A stretch of 63,351 bases of DNA, the filler included, from an uncultured Chlamydiae bacterium (GTDB taxonomy: Bacteria; Chlamydiota; Chlamydiia; Chlamydiales; SM23-39), in assembly GCA_937899275.1 (NCBI GenBank). It is 8 parts of 8 records of this genome, joined end to end, with 100 filler letters (N's around TTAATTAATTAA, not from the genome) between each part and the next. Parts side by side here need not be neighbours in the genome. Positions count along the whole stretch, not along the records: positions 36,586 to 56,890 come from CALBPE010000034.1; 7 more parts are not named here. The stretch is one strand, 5' to 3'. Each line of letters opens with the position of its first letter. Positions within the stretch are counted from its first letter, which is position 1. Positions 38,774 through 47,628 of this stretch are shown piece by piece. A program made the position numbers and the translations under genes. The notes beneath the pieces were generated by a model, which worked only from the letters and a program-made list of their open reading frames with translations, ran no database searches and was not told the origin of the DNA.

Positions 38774-39202
38774 ATGACCATTCCAAAGTTGTGGGAACAA
38801 TCCTTGCAAAATGCAGCCTTTTCTTGGGGATATCATTATCCTTATGCTGGTCAAGACTTCACAGAAAAAGCCGCAATAACCATTTCTAATGTGTTATCTC
38901 TTATTCCTCTTGTGATGGTGATCACAGGAGTTACAAAGATTGCATTTGCTATGGGGTATTTCGTGATGCAGAAATCGAAACCATCGAATTTACAGAATCT
39001 ATCTTTAGCTTTTCGAGGTGTTGTAGAATGTACCGGAGCGGCATTTTTTGTACGCCTTTATGCAGATGCAATCATCACAGGTGTTCGTTTTTTCTATTTT
39101 TACAATAGTGATGCGCTTGTCAAAGAAATTTCTTTGAACGGAACATTATTAGGACAAGGAAGGCAACCTTCGCCTAAATCCACAAATAGCGCCCCTGTAT
39201 AA
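38774..39202 (+). CDS. hypothetical membrane protein
   Basis: AAGGA RBS; NVLSLIPLVMVITG...FRGVVECTG hydrophobic motif. Confidence 0.7.
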   Translation: MTIPKLWEQSLQNAAFSWGYHYPYAGQDFTEKAAITISNVLSLIPLVMVITGVTKIAFAMGYFVMQKSKPSNLQNLSLAFRGVVECTGAAFFVRLYADAIITGVRFFYFYNSDALVKEISLNGTLLGQGRQPSPKSTNSAPV

Positions 39203-39348
39203 GCATCATTTCTAGCTCTAATCTGAAAAATCCAAGTTCGTTAAATAAAAAGAAATTTCTTAGAGGGGCTTTCTTAAAAAATTCTTGCTGTTAAACGATA
39301 ATTTTTATAGATTCTTTCGAAAAATTGTTTGTTATCTTAGGGATTTTT

Positions 39349-42300
39349 ATGCTCCGATTTATTCTTTTATGTTTCTTCCCAGCTTGGCAACTCGTAGCAA
39401 TGAGTTTTGATGCGTCTTTTTTTGCGATCACAAGAAATGATCCAAGTGCGTTGATCGATGGTTGCGTTAGCGCTATAACGGGAGATTTCATTCTTTCTGA
39501 TGAAGTAATCGAAGTTAAAGGAGCAGAGCCTATTTCTTTTACGATGCATTACTTGAGCACCAAGTCAGATCAAGGGGGAGTGTTTCACGGCTGGTTTGCC
39601 GATTCGCATTTACTAGCAGAAGCAAAATGGACGCTTCCTTCTAACGCATCTTCTCATAAGACACATGAATATGATATCGCAGTTACTGTAATTGAAGATG
39701 ATTATATTCCTTTACTCTACAGGCGCCAAGGCGCGCAGACAAATACATCTACTGGCCTAAGTACGCTTAGGCTTGAGGTAGATGAAAAAGACTTTCTAGA
39801 GAATTTGCAGGAAAACACCTACACGAATGTGCAGGCGCACTACGCGATGCGCCGCCAGTATATCGATATGGATTACAAGGGAAAATCTTTTGTCGTTTTT
39901 TCCCCATCAGGACGAAAAAGACAATATAAACGCATCGTACACCCCGAGCATAGCCGGGGAAAAAAAGATACATTTACCTACCGACTTGAAAAAGAGACTC
40001 TCCCTAACGGAAACCAGATTATCTACACCTATGAATCCTTACAATCTAGGCATTTGACTTCAATCAAAACGCAAAATGCCTCTGGTACATCTACATTTGC
40101 TTGGATCCGGTTTCATTTCTGGGGAAGAGAAAAAGACCTTCTCCAGGCAGAAACATCAGACGGCCAGCTCATTACCTATGTGTTTCGTGAAGATGATGAG
40201 ACCAGAAAAAATCTGTATACCGTGATGAGTACAAAGCATCCAGAAAAACACTTTACCTACCATCCCGGCACTTCGTTAATTAAAGACTACAAGTTGCCTG
40301 AAGACAAAACAAAAAGAGTGCGCTACTACCGCAGTCGAGACCGAAGAAATAAAAAAGTCCGCTCTTTATCCCACATAGGAGAAGATGGTCACTTCGTTAA
40401 GAAGTATTGTTTCAATTACTTTCCTGGGAAATACCGGCAAAACGGCGGTTATACCGAAGTGTTTGACGCAGAGGGAAATAAAACCGTCTACCGCTATAAC
40501 GCCCTTTTCCGTTTAGAAAGAGTGGAGTATTATTATAAAGAGGCAAACCGGCAGATTTTATCGCATCAAGATGTATTTGCTTGGGGTGAAGAAAAGCACC
40601 TTTCTTGGCAGAACGTATCTTCTTCATCTTACCGGCATAATCCGAGTAATCCCGACCTTTTACAAGATCGCCTTTGCTATTTACTTGCAAAGTCCAGGCT
40701 CGATGCTAGCGGAAAGTGCTACTCGTCAGAGAGATATTTTTACGACGCTTTTGGTAATGTATCAGAACTTAGAGTCTATGGTGATATCACGGGTAAATCC
40801 AATCCTATTACTCTCCATAACTTTTTGCCTGACAGAAGCGCAGCGGAATACCGCTCCACTAAAAGAGTGTATAGCACTGATGGGAAAAACCTTTTGCTAT
40901 CGGAAAAAAAGGGGGCTCTCCACACCAAGTTTTTTTACGATAAAAAGACCAATCTACTGCTAGCTAAGTTGACAACGGGAGAAAATGTATCTCTCAGAAC
41001 ATTTTATCAGTACGATCAAAATGCTCAGCTCATCTGCACTATAGAAGATGATGGAGTCGATAGAGACGAGCGAGATCTTACTGGAGTCAGTCACCGCTCG
41101 ATACAAAGAGTGAAAAGAAGGCAAGATGCATTTTTATCCGGTATGCCTGATTTTATTACTACGGCGTATTTAGACATGGATAGGCAAGTAGAAGTGCCTT
41201 TGAAATCAACGCAGCTGCATTACGATCTTCATGGAAATATCGTCAAAGAAGAAGTATGCGATGCAAAAGGCGTTTGTCAGTATGAAAACCGGCTTCAATA
41301 TGATAAAAAAAACCGTCCTATTAGAAAGGCTAACGCTCTTTATACAGAGTTCATTTCTTACGATGCGAATAACCGCATCTGCAATATTGAAGCGTTAGAT
41401 AGCAAAAAAGCAGAGAGGTTTACCTATAATCCTGAGGGCCATCTTGTACTAAAAGAAGACATCTCAGATGGAGAAGAAATCCGCGCTACAAAAATCCGTT
41501 ACGATGCTTTAGGCCGCATTCTTTCGCAAGAAAATCATTTAGGAAAGGTCGACGAGTACAAATACGACAAAAAGGGTCATATCATCACCACCACTTCTAA
41601 AAATCCATCTTTAGAGGGGGGATATACAAAAGATAAAAAAGTGCAGCATTTTGATTGTTTGGGGCGGATGATCAAAGAAACCTCTACTATAGGGGGTCGA
41701 GAAATCACCTATAACATAGATGGAAAACCGGTCTATATCAAATACCCCGATGGTACAAAAGAGCATTTTACCTACGATTTACGAGGGCTTTTACAAACCC
41801 ATGTAAATCAGAGAAATACCACCCGCATCTACACCTATGACTGTCTTGGTAGAAAGACAGCAGAAAGGGTGTATTCACCATCCCAAAAACTGTTAGATCA
41901 AAGAACATGGCGCTACAATGCGCTTCATTTGGTAGAAGAATCTTTATCCGACGGCACATCCGTTTATTATACCTACAATTTTGCAGGGCAGTTAGTAGAA
42001 AAAACCCGGCTGAATCAACCGGAGCGCTATACCTATGATACGCTTGGCCGCCTCTCTTCTATTGTGTATAGGAAAGATCAGGTTACCTTTCGTAAAAGGT
42101 TTGAATACGATTTACTCGACCGGGTCATCGAGAAGCGTATAGAGGAAGATTCTCCTAGAAGAAGAGTGCTTTTTCGAGAAAGTTACTCCTATGATATGCA
42201 GAATCATCTCGTGAAAAAAACGCAGTTTATCCAAAACCGGCCTGCTACAAAATTATGGGAATACGACGCATTTTCAAGACCGCTTTCTTGTATTGATGAA

Positions 42301-44001
42301 GAGGGCCATCTCACATCTTATAGCTACAAAGTAAAAGAAGTTGCCAAAGGCGTTTTTGTAGATGAAGAGAGAATCGAGGGTCCTTCTGGAGATGTGACCA
42401 TCCAGTGGAGAGATGCAAATAGCCACTTGGTAAAAACAGAGAAAATCTCGAATGGCAAAACCTTAGAAGAAGATCGTTATGCTTATGACGCTTCTGGCAA
42501 TCTTATTTTTCATGAAGAAACGCTCTTTTTCCCAGGGCTTTCTCCGAAAAAAGCGAGTAAAAGGTACACATACGATTCAATGCAAAGAATTGCTTCGATC
42601 TCTGAATTTGCAGATTCGGTAAAAGAACGCACGTTTTACTACACGTATTCACCAACAGGTAGATTACAAGAAACAATTAAGCCAGATAGGGTAAGCGTAA
42701 GAAATGAGTATGATTTTTTAGATCGCTTGAGAAAAATCCACTCTTCTGACGGAACGATCAGCTATTTATATCAGTATGATCTTGCCGGGAATATGATCTG
42801 TTGCAAGGACCTTTTAACCGGTCAAAAAACAAAACGAAGATACGACGCTTGGGGTAGTCTCATCTACGATCAGTTAGAACATGGTTTTTCGATTGAGTAT
42901 GCGTACGATCATTTAGGCAATAGAACAAAAATGCAATTAGCAGATGATTCTTATGTGACGTATTCCTACGATCCTTTGTATCTCGATACTATCTGCCGCT
43001 ATGATGCGTATGGCAAAGAAATTTTTGCGCATACATGTTTACAATATGACCTTGCAGGAAATACTCTTAGAGAACAGTCGGGATTTCTTACGGAAAAGGT
43101 ATATGGAAATACTGGCGGCGTTGTAGAAAATCGTCAGGCGCACTTACACCAAAAAGTGCTTTCGACTCATCCTAAGGGCAACATAGAACAGCTGCAGTCA
43201 GAGATTTCAGGTGAGCAGGTTTTAGAAGAATTTTTCTATGATAGCTTCGGTTATCCTACAGAGGAAAAAGGCAGCCTTTCTAAAACCTACGATTATTGGA
43301 TTCGGGAGCCTTTTTCAGATCAACAAGCTGAAAGAAAGGGCCTCGTTACAGAATTAGGTAGAGGTACTCGCTGCAAGCGGACGTATGATCAAAATGGCAG
43401 CTTACAATCAGAGCGTTTTAGCAATAAAACAGCCCTTTACGATTATGACGCTTTAGGAAGGTTGATTGTCTATTCTATTCCAGGAGCATTTAAGATTCGT
43501 TACGATTATGACGGCCTGCACCGGCGGATTGCAAAAACCGTATATCTTGCTAAGGGAAAAGCTTGGGAAAAGAAGTATTCTTCAGAATTTATTTATGATG
43601 GCGATGTAGAAGTTGGCAAATGCCAGTACGGCTCTTTGATTGAATTTCGCACGTTGAAACCAGTAGAAAAAGGCAAGATGCCTTCCATCCTTTTTTTAGA
43701 AGTGAATGAAGAAGGGTATTTCCCCTTACAAGATGTATTTGGCAATACCGTTTGTCTACTTGATCAAACAATGCGTGTTGTAGAATCTGTCTCTTTTACA
43801 CTTTTTGGTGAGGACCGAAAAGAGCAGCCGGGCCCATCCATCAATCCGTGGCGTTTTGCCGGGGTGAGAAAAGATGCAGAATCGGATAAGCTATACCGTA
43901 AAAGAAGATACTACTCTCCACAATACGGCATATGGTTAACAAAAGATCCAAACAGGTTTTATCATAATCCCCAAGCTCAAGTAGACGATGCTTTTCTATA
44001 G
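39349..44001 (+). CDS. RHS/YD-repeat protein with N-terminal signal peptide and no C-terminal toxin domain
   Basis: Many YDxxGR/YD repeats; core end PWRFAGVRKDAES...RYYSPQYGIWLTKDP; N-terminus MLRFILLCFFPAWQLVA. Confidence 0.93.
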   Translation: MLRFILLCFFPAWQLVAMSFDASFFAITRNDPSALIDGCVSAITGDFILSDEVIEVKGAEPISFTMHYLSTKSDQGGVFHGWFADSHLLAEAKWTLPSNASSHKTHEYDIAVTVIEDDYIPLLYRRQGAQTNTSTGLSTLRLEVDEKDFLENLQENTYTNVQAHYAMRRQYIDMDYKGKSFVVFSPSGRKRQYKRIVHPEHSRGKKDTFTYRLEKETLPNGNQIIYTYESLQSRHLTSIKTQNASGTSTFAWIRFHFWGREKDLLQAETSDGQLITYVFREDDETRKNLYTVMSTKHPEKHFTYHPGTSLIKDYKLPEDKTKRVRYYRSRDRRNKKVRSLSHIGEDGHFVKKYCFNYFPGKYRQNGGYTEVFDAEGNKTVYRYNALFRLERVEYYYKEANRQILSHQDVFAWGEEKHLSWQNVSSSSYRHNPSNPDLLQDRLCYLLAKSRLDASGKCYSSERYFYDAFGNVSELRVYGDITGKSNPITLHNFLPDRSAAEYRSTKRVYSTDGKNLLLSEKKGALHTKFFYDKKTNLLLAKLTTGENVSLRTFYQYDQNAQLICTIEDDGVDRDERDLTGVSHRSIQRVKRRQDAFLSGMPDFITTAYLDMDRQVEVPLKSTQLHYDLHGNIVKEEVCDAKGVCQYENRLQYDKKNRPIRKANALYTEFISYDANNRICNIEALDSKKAERFTYNPEGHLVLKEDISDGEEIRATKIRYDALGRILSQENHLGKVDEYKYDKKGHIITTTSKNPSLEGGYTKDKKVQHFDCLGRMIKETSTIGGREITYNIDGKPVYIKYPDGTKEHFTYDLRGLLQTHVNQRNTTRIYTYDCLGRKTAERVYSPSQKLLDQRTWRYNALHLVEESLSDGTSVYYTYNFAGQLVEKTRLNQPERYTYDTLGRLSSIVYRKDQVTFRKRFEYDLLDRVIEKRIEEDSPRRRVLFRESYSYDMQNHLVKKTQFIQNRPATKLWEYDAFSRPLSCIDEEGHLTSYSYKVKEVAKGVFVDEERIEGPSGDVTIQWRDANSHLVKTEKISNGKTLEEDRYAYDASGNLIFHEETLFFPGLSPKKASKRYTYDSMQRIASISEFADSVKERTFYYTYSPTGRLQETIKPDRVSVRNEYDFLDRLRKIHSSDGTISYLYQYDLAGNMICCKDLLTGQKTKRRYDAWGSLIYDQLEHGFSIEYAYDHLGNRTKMQLADDSYVTYSYDPLYLDTICRYDAYGKEIFAHTCLQYDLAGNTLREQSGFLTEKVYGNTGGVVENRQAHLHQKVLSTHPKGNIEQLQSEISGEQVLEEFFYDSFGYPTEEKGSLSKTYDYWIREPFSDQQAERKGLVTELGRGTRCKRTYDQNGSLQSERFSNKTALYDYDALGRLIVYSIPGAFKIRYDYDGLHRRIAKTVYLAKGKAWEKKYSSEFIYDGDVEVGKCQYGSLIEFRTLKPVEKGKMPSILFLEVNEEGYFPLQDVFGNTVCLLDQTMRVVESVSFTLFGEDRKEQPGPSINPWRFAGVRKDAESDKLYRKRRYYSPQYGIWLTKDPNRFYHNPQAQVDDAFL

Positions 44002-44987
44002 CATAACCAGCTGAAAAATAGGATGCTTATAGATACGCTGCATCCAGCTGTAAGGGAAAGCGTTTCTTGAATAATAGCTTGTTTCGTTACCATTTGTAGA
44101 GCTAAACAGCCAATAGATAAGCTAAGACTAAATGCGATTTTTTTCGCTGGCACTTGGGCTTTTTCTAGCGCAATTACCCCATTTGATAGAAAAAAAAGTA
44201 GGCAAAGGGGAAGAAGGCTTAATGATAGCGCTGCAAAATAGTTTCCTTTTGTTTCAGGAGAGTCAATTCCCCAATAGCTTTCTTTCATAAACCTACTATA
44301 AGCGCCCTTATTCCAGACACCTTTGGGCATTTTAGCTATCTTGATTTTTTTATAAGAAGCGGTTTTCTCCAAGCCGTAAGGCGCTTTTTTTTCGAGTATA
44401 TCGACAAAAAAGGCCTGCTTTTTGTGGAGATCCAAGCTCTGCATCATCCAGATCTCTTGCAGTTTTTTCTCAGAGCGCCTTATCCAAAAAACTTCATGCA
44501 AAAAACCGTTTTTTTCTGTTTGCCAAAAAAGGAGACTTCCATCTTGTAAAAAGGCGCTTTCTGGACGTATTTTTCTCCCTTCTTGCTCTGCAATTATTCG
44601 ATGAAGAGGCTCTTTAAGCCACTCTTCTGTAATTGAAATCGAAAGACCTGTAATCAGCGCCCAAAGTAAGAAAGGAAACAAGATTTGTGAAGGTTTCAGT
44701 CCGCTAATCAATAAAGCAGCGGTTTCTCCTGTTTTTTTTAAGTTCATGGTAACGCAAAGTACAGCGCATACAAAAATAAGAGGCATAGCTAAAGGAGTAA
44801 GCGATACTGCTCGCGCTACATAATAGAAAAAAATAGGATGAAAACCAGACAGGTAGATGCTTGGATGTCCTCCAGAAAACGCGCAGTCCATGGCGGCAAA
44901 AAGAACGATAAATAGCAGTAAAAATGCGCTGTATAGGGTAGATATTCTGAAGAATAAAAACCGAAACCATATCGATTTAACCATCAT
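43977..44987 (-). CDS. LptF/LptG family permease (divergent)
   Basis: 3 TM + soluble domain + 3 TM; GETAALLISGL motif; paired gene upstream. Confidence 0.75.
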   Translation of the reverse strand: MMVKSIWFRFLFFRISTLYSAFLLLFIVLFAAMDCAFSGGHPSIYLSGFHPIFFYYVARAVSLTPLAMPLIFVCAVLCVTMNLKKTGETAALLISGLKPSQILFPFLLWALITGLSISITEEWLKEPLHRIIAEQEGRKIRPESAFLQDGSLLFWQTEKNGFLHEVFWIRRSEKKLQEIWMMQSLDLHKKQAFFVDILEKKAPYGLEKTASYKKIKIAKMPKGVWNKGAYSRFMKESYWGIDSPETKGNYFAALSLSLLPLCLLFFLSNGVIALEKAQVPAKKIAFSLSLSIGCLALQMVTKQAIIQETLSLTAGCSVSISILFFSWLCYRKASST

Positions 44988-46005
44988 ATCCCCGCTGATT
45001 TCGATAGAAAAAAAAGGTAGATACAGATAGTAAAATCAGCTGTTCTAATGCAAATACCGCGCAGCCTAAGATCCAAAAAGGCTTGCTGTTTTTTGCTACT
45101 GCATACAAAAGTAAAAAGCCGAGGAAATAGATCGATCCTATTACAAAAGGTTTAGCGCGGGAAAATCTACTTTGTCCGCTCAGCAAGCTACATCCAAGAT
45201 AGGTGAAAGAAAAAGGGCTAAGAGCAAGGCATAGCCGGCGGGCGAGCTCATGCAACCTTTCTTCTGGGGAAAAAAACGAAGAAAACAGGAGTTCAGTAAA
45301 AGAAAGGGAATTTTTTTTTCTTTGCGGCGGCGGCTTGATCACCTCTAGCTGATGTAGCGGGCTTTGTATTTTTTCATAAAAAGTCGTTTGCACTGTAGGA
45401 AATCCCACGAAAGGTCTGTGGTAAGATACAAAAGATACATGTTTTGCCTCTAGGGCATGTTCTTTTACATCGAGCTTTCCTTCAAGGATAAAAAAGCGGT
45501 TTTTTTGTTTTCCAATAAATAATTGAAAAGCCTCATCTTCAGACGAGGAAAACCAGAGATCAACACCTCCGATTTCTTGATTGCGAAGTAGGGATAGAGG
45601 GCTTTTTTCCGCTGTTTCTAAAAGTAAAACGCGCAGCGAGCGCTTAGCAGAACTTGCCGTATGAATTGCTGTGATGGTGACAAAAGATAGTAGAAAAGCG
45701 CAAAAAAGCATAGGCAATAAGAGGTAGCGTAAAGAGATGCCTGCTGTGAGTAAAGAGCGTAGAATATTTTCTTGTCGTAGTTTTCTCATGGTTAGTAAAG
45801 AGGCGGTAAAGCTAGAGCCTGCAATTGCTATCGGCAAAATGTGGATGATCTGGTAAAATAAAAACCAGCGCATGGAATACATATCCATAGATAATAAGCA
45901 TTTTGACTGCGCGCTTTTTGCTATGAGTAAAAACAGCAAAAAGCAGCTCATAGTCAAGCTCACTATATATAAGTAGATCCTTGCGATGTAGAGAAAAATC
46001 TTCAT
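44977..46005 (-). CDS. LptF/LptG family permease (divergent)
   Basis: ILPIAI, LRSLLTAGISL, ELARRL motifs; divergent from tilS as in Chlamydia. Confidence 0.75.
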   Translation of the reverse strand: MKIFLYIARIYLYIVSLTMSCFLLFLLIAKSAQSKCLLSMDMYSMRWFLFYQIIHILPIAIAGSSFTASLLTMRKLRQENILRSLLTAGISLRYLLLPMLFCAFLLSFVTITAIHTASSAKRSLRVLLLETAEKSPLSLLRNQEIGGVDLWFSSSEDEAFQLFIGKQKNRFFILEGKLDVKEHALEAKHVSFVSYHRPFVGFPTVQTTFYEKIQSPLHQLEVIKPPPQRKKNSLSFTELLFSSFFSPEERLHELARRLCLALSPFSFTYLGCSLLSGQSRFSRAKPFVIGSIYFLGFLLLYAVAKNSKPFWILGCAVFALEQLILLSVSTFFFYRNQRGYDG

Positions 46006-46023
46006 ACATTTTCAGTATACGAT

Positions 46024-47460
46024 ATGCTAAATTCAAATCCCACTTCCTTTACCCCTCTTCCCAAAGCGATAGAAAAAGCGCTACAAGCCTGGCTAGAAAA
46101 AGAGCCTAAAGACGCAACGTATTTATTGGGATATTCTGGAGGAGGGGACTCTAAAGCGCTTTTGTATGCTCTTTTGGCATTGCGCCCAGATATTTCTTTG
46201 ATTGTTCTTCACATCAATCATCGGTGGAGGCCCTCAAGTGATGAGGAAGAAATTTCTATAAAAAAAGAAATACATAACCTAAACCTTGTATGCCATACTG
46301 AGAAAATCCCCACGGAGCCTACCTCAAATTTAGAGGAACATGCGCGCCATGCCCGTTACTGTTTTTTTCAAAAGATGCAAAAGCGCTACCAAACAAGGGG
46401 CGTTCTTCTTGCTCATCATAAGCAAGATCTTGCCGAAACAATTCTTAAAAGATGGTTTGAAGGAAGCTCTTTAAACCGGCTTTTTGGTATGCAAGAGTCG
46501 AGTATGTGGGAAGATGTGCCTATTTTCCGCCCTTTATTGCAGGTAGAAAAATCCGTTTTGACGCAGTTTGTAGAGTCTCGAGGGTTATCTTATGTGGATG
46601 ATGAGACAAATCAAGACCCCCGTTTTTTAAGGGCACGCCTGAGAAATGCACTTTTCCCCTTATTAGAAACGCATTTTGGTAAATCTATTGGATCAAATCT
46701 CGTTTGCTTAGCAAATGATGCGCAAGAATTTTCCCAGGATTTAGAGATAAGATACCGCGCGTTCCAAGAAAAGATCTACGAAGGTCCTTTTGGCGTTTGT
46801 CTATATCAGTTAGATCAAGAAAGCAGAGCGGCGCAGCGGTTTTTCCTCCAAGAAGAAGCAAGAAAACAGCAGATTTCTTTAAGAAGAAGCTGGATAGATA
46901 CCCTTTTATCTTGGTTAGATGAGAAGAAGTCAGGAGCGTCTTTACCATTTCAAGAAAGCGCCTTTTATGTCTACAGGGGAAGCGTGTTTTTTTTAAAAAA
47001 AACTACGTTTTTTCCGCCAGAGATGCAACCGGTGATTGGAGAAAAAACGGCGATCAAACTAAAAAGGCAAGAACAAGAAAAAAACGGCGTAAGTAATCAA
47101 GCCGCCTGGTTAAAACCCTTTATGGGAAAAGCAGACTACTTCGTTCCAAAAGAAAAAACGCTGTTTTTTCCTATCACCCCTTTTTTACTGTTTTCATCAG
47201 ATCAAGACCTTTCTTTTTTGCAACATCTAGAAAAAAGTAAAAGCCAGGTGCATGTACTGCAAAAAATGTGGGCAAAAGAGCATATCCCCTTATTTTTACG
47301 GCGCCATCTTTTGCTGCTGATTTCTGCTGATGGCGCGGTGCATCACCCCTTACAAAAAAGTGATTTTCAGGAAAATAGTTGTACCGTCTCGATTGATTTG
47401 CATCAATTTTATGGGTATTTTCAGAAAAGTCTCCCCAGAATATCCCCTTTTTTGCTATAG
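46024..47460 (+). CDS. tilS: tRNA(Ile)-lysidine synthetase
   Basis: PP-loop SGGGDS, HINH, ARHARY, AHHKQDLAET, RPLL, DETN, RARLR. Confidence 0.95.
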   Translation: MLNSNPTSFTPLPKAIEKALQAWLEKEPKDATYLLGYSGGGDSKALLYALLALRPDISLIVLHINHRWRPSSDEEEISIKKEIHNLNLVCHTEKIPTEPTSNLEEHARHARYCFFQKMQKRYQTRGVLLAHHKQDLAETILKRWFEGSSLNRLFGMQESSMWEDVPIFRPLLQVEKSVLTQFVESRGLSYVDDETNQDPRFLRARLRNALFPLLETHFGKSIGSNLVCLANDAQEFSQDLEIRYRAFQEKIYEGPFGVCLYQLDQESRAAQRFFLQEEARKQQISLRRSWIDTLLSWLDEKKSGASLPFQESAFYVYRGSVFFLKKTTFFPPEMQPVIGEKTAIKLKRQEQEKNGVSNQAAWLKPFMGKADYFVPKEKTLFFPITPFLLFSSDQDLSFLQHLEKSKSQVHVLQKMWAKEHIPLFLRRHLLLLISADGAVHHPLQKSDFQENSCTVSIDLHQFYGYFQKSLPRISPFLL

Positions 47461-47628
47461 CTCAAAATCAGAGCGGGGTTATAATAAAGGGAGCATGTCA
47501 TCGTTACGTTCATCTATATTCAATTAGGTATATGCTCTTTTTTGCGAAAAAATCTGCGCTATGATGTAATAGAGTGGTGCAATCGATCGCCAAATGTAAA
47601 AAAACCAATGATGTAAGGAAAAATATCC

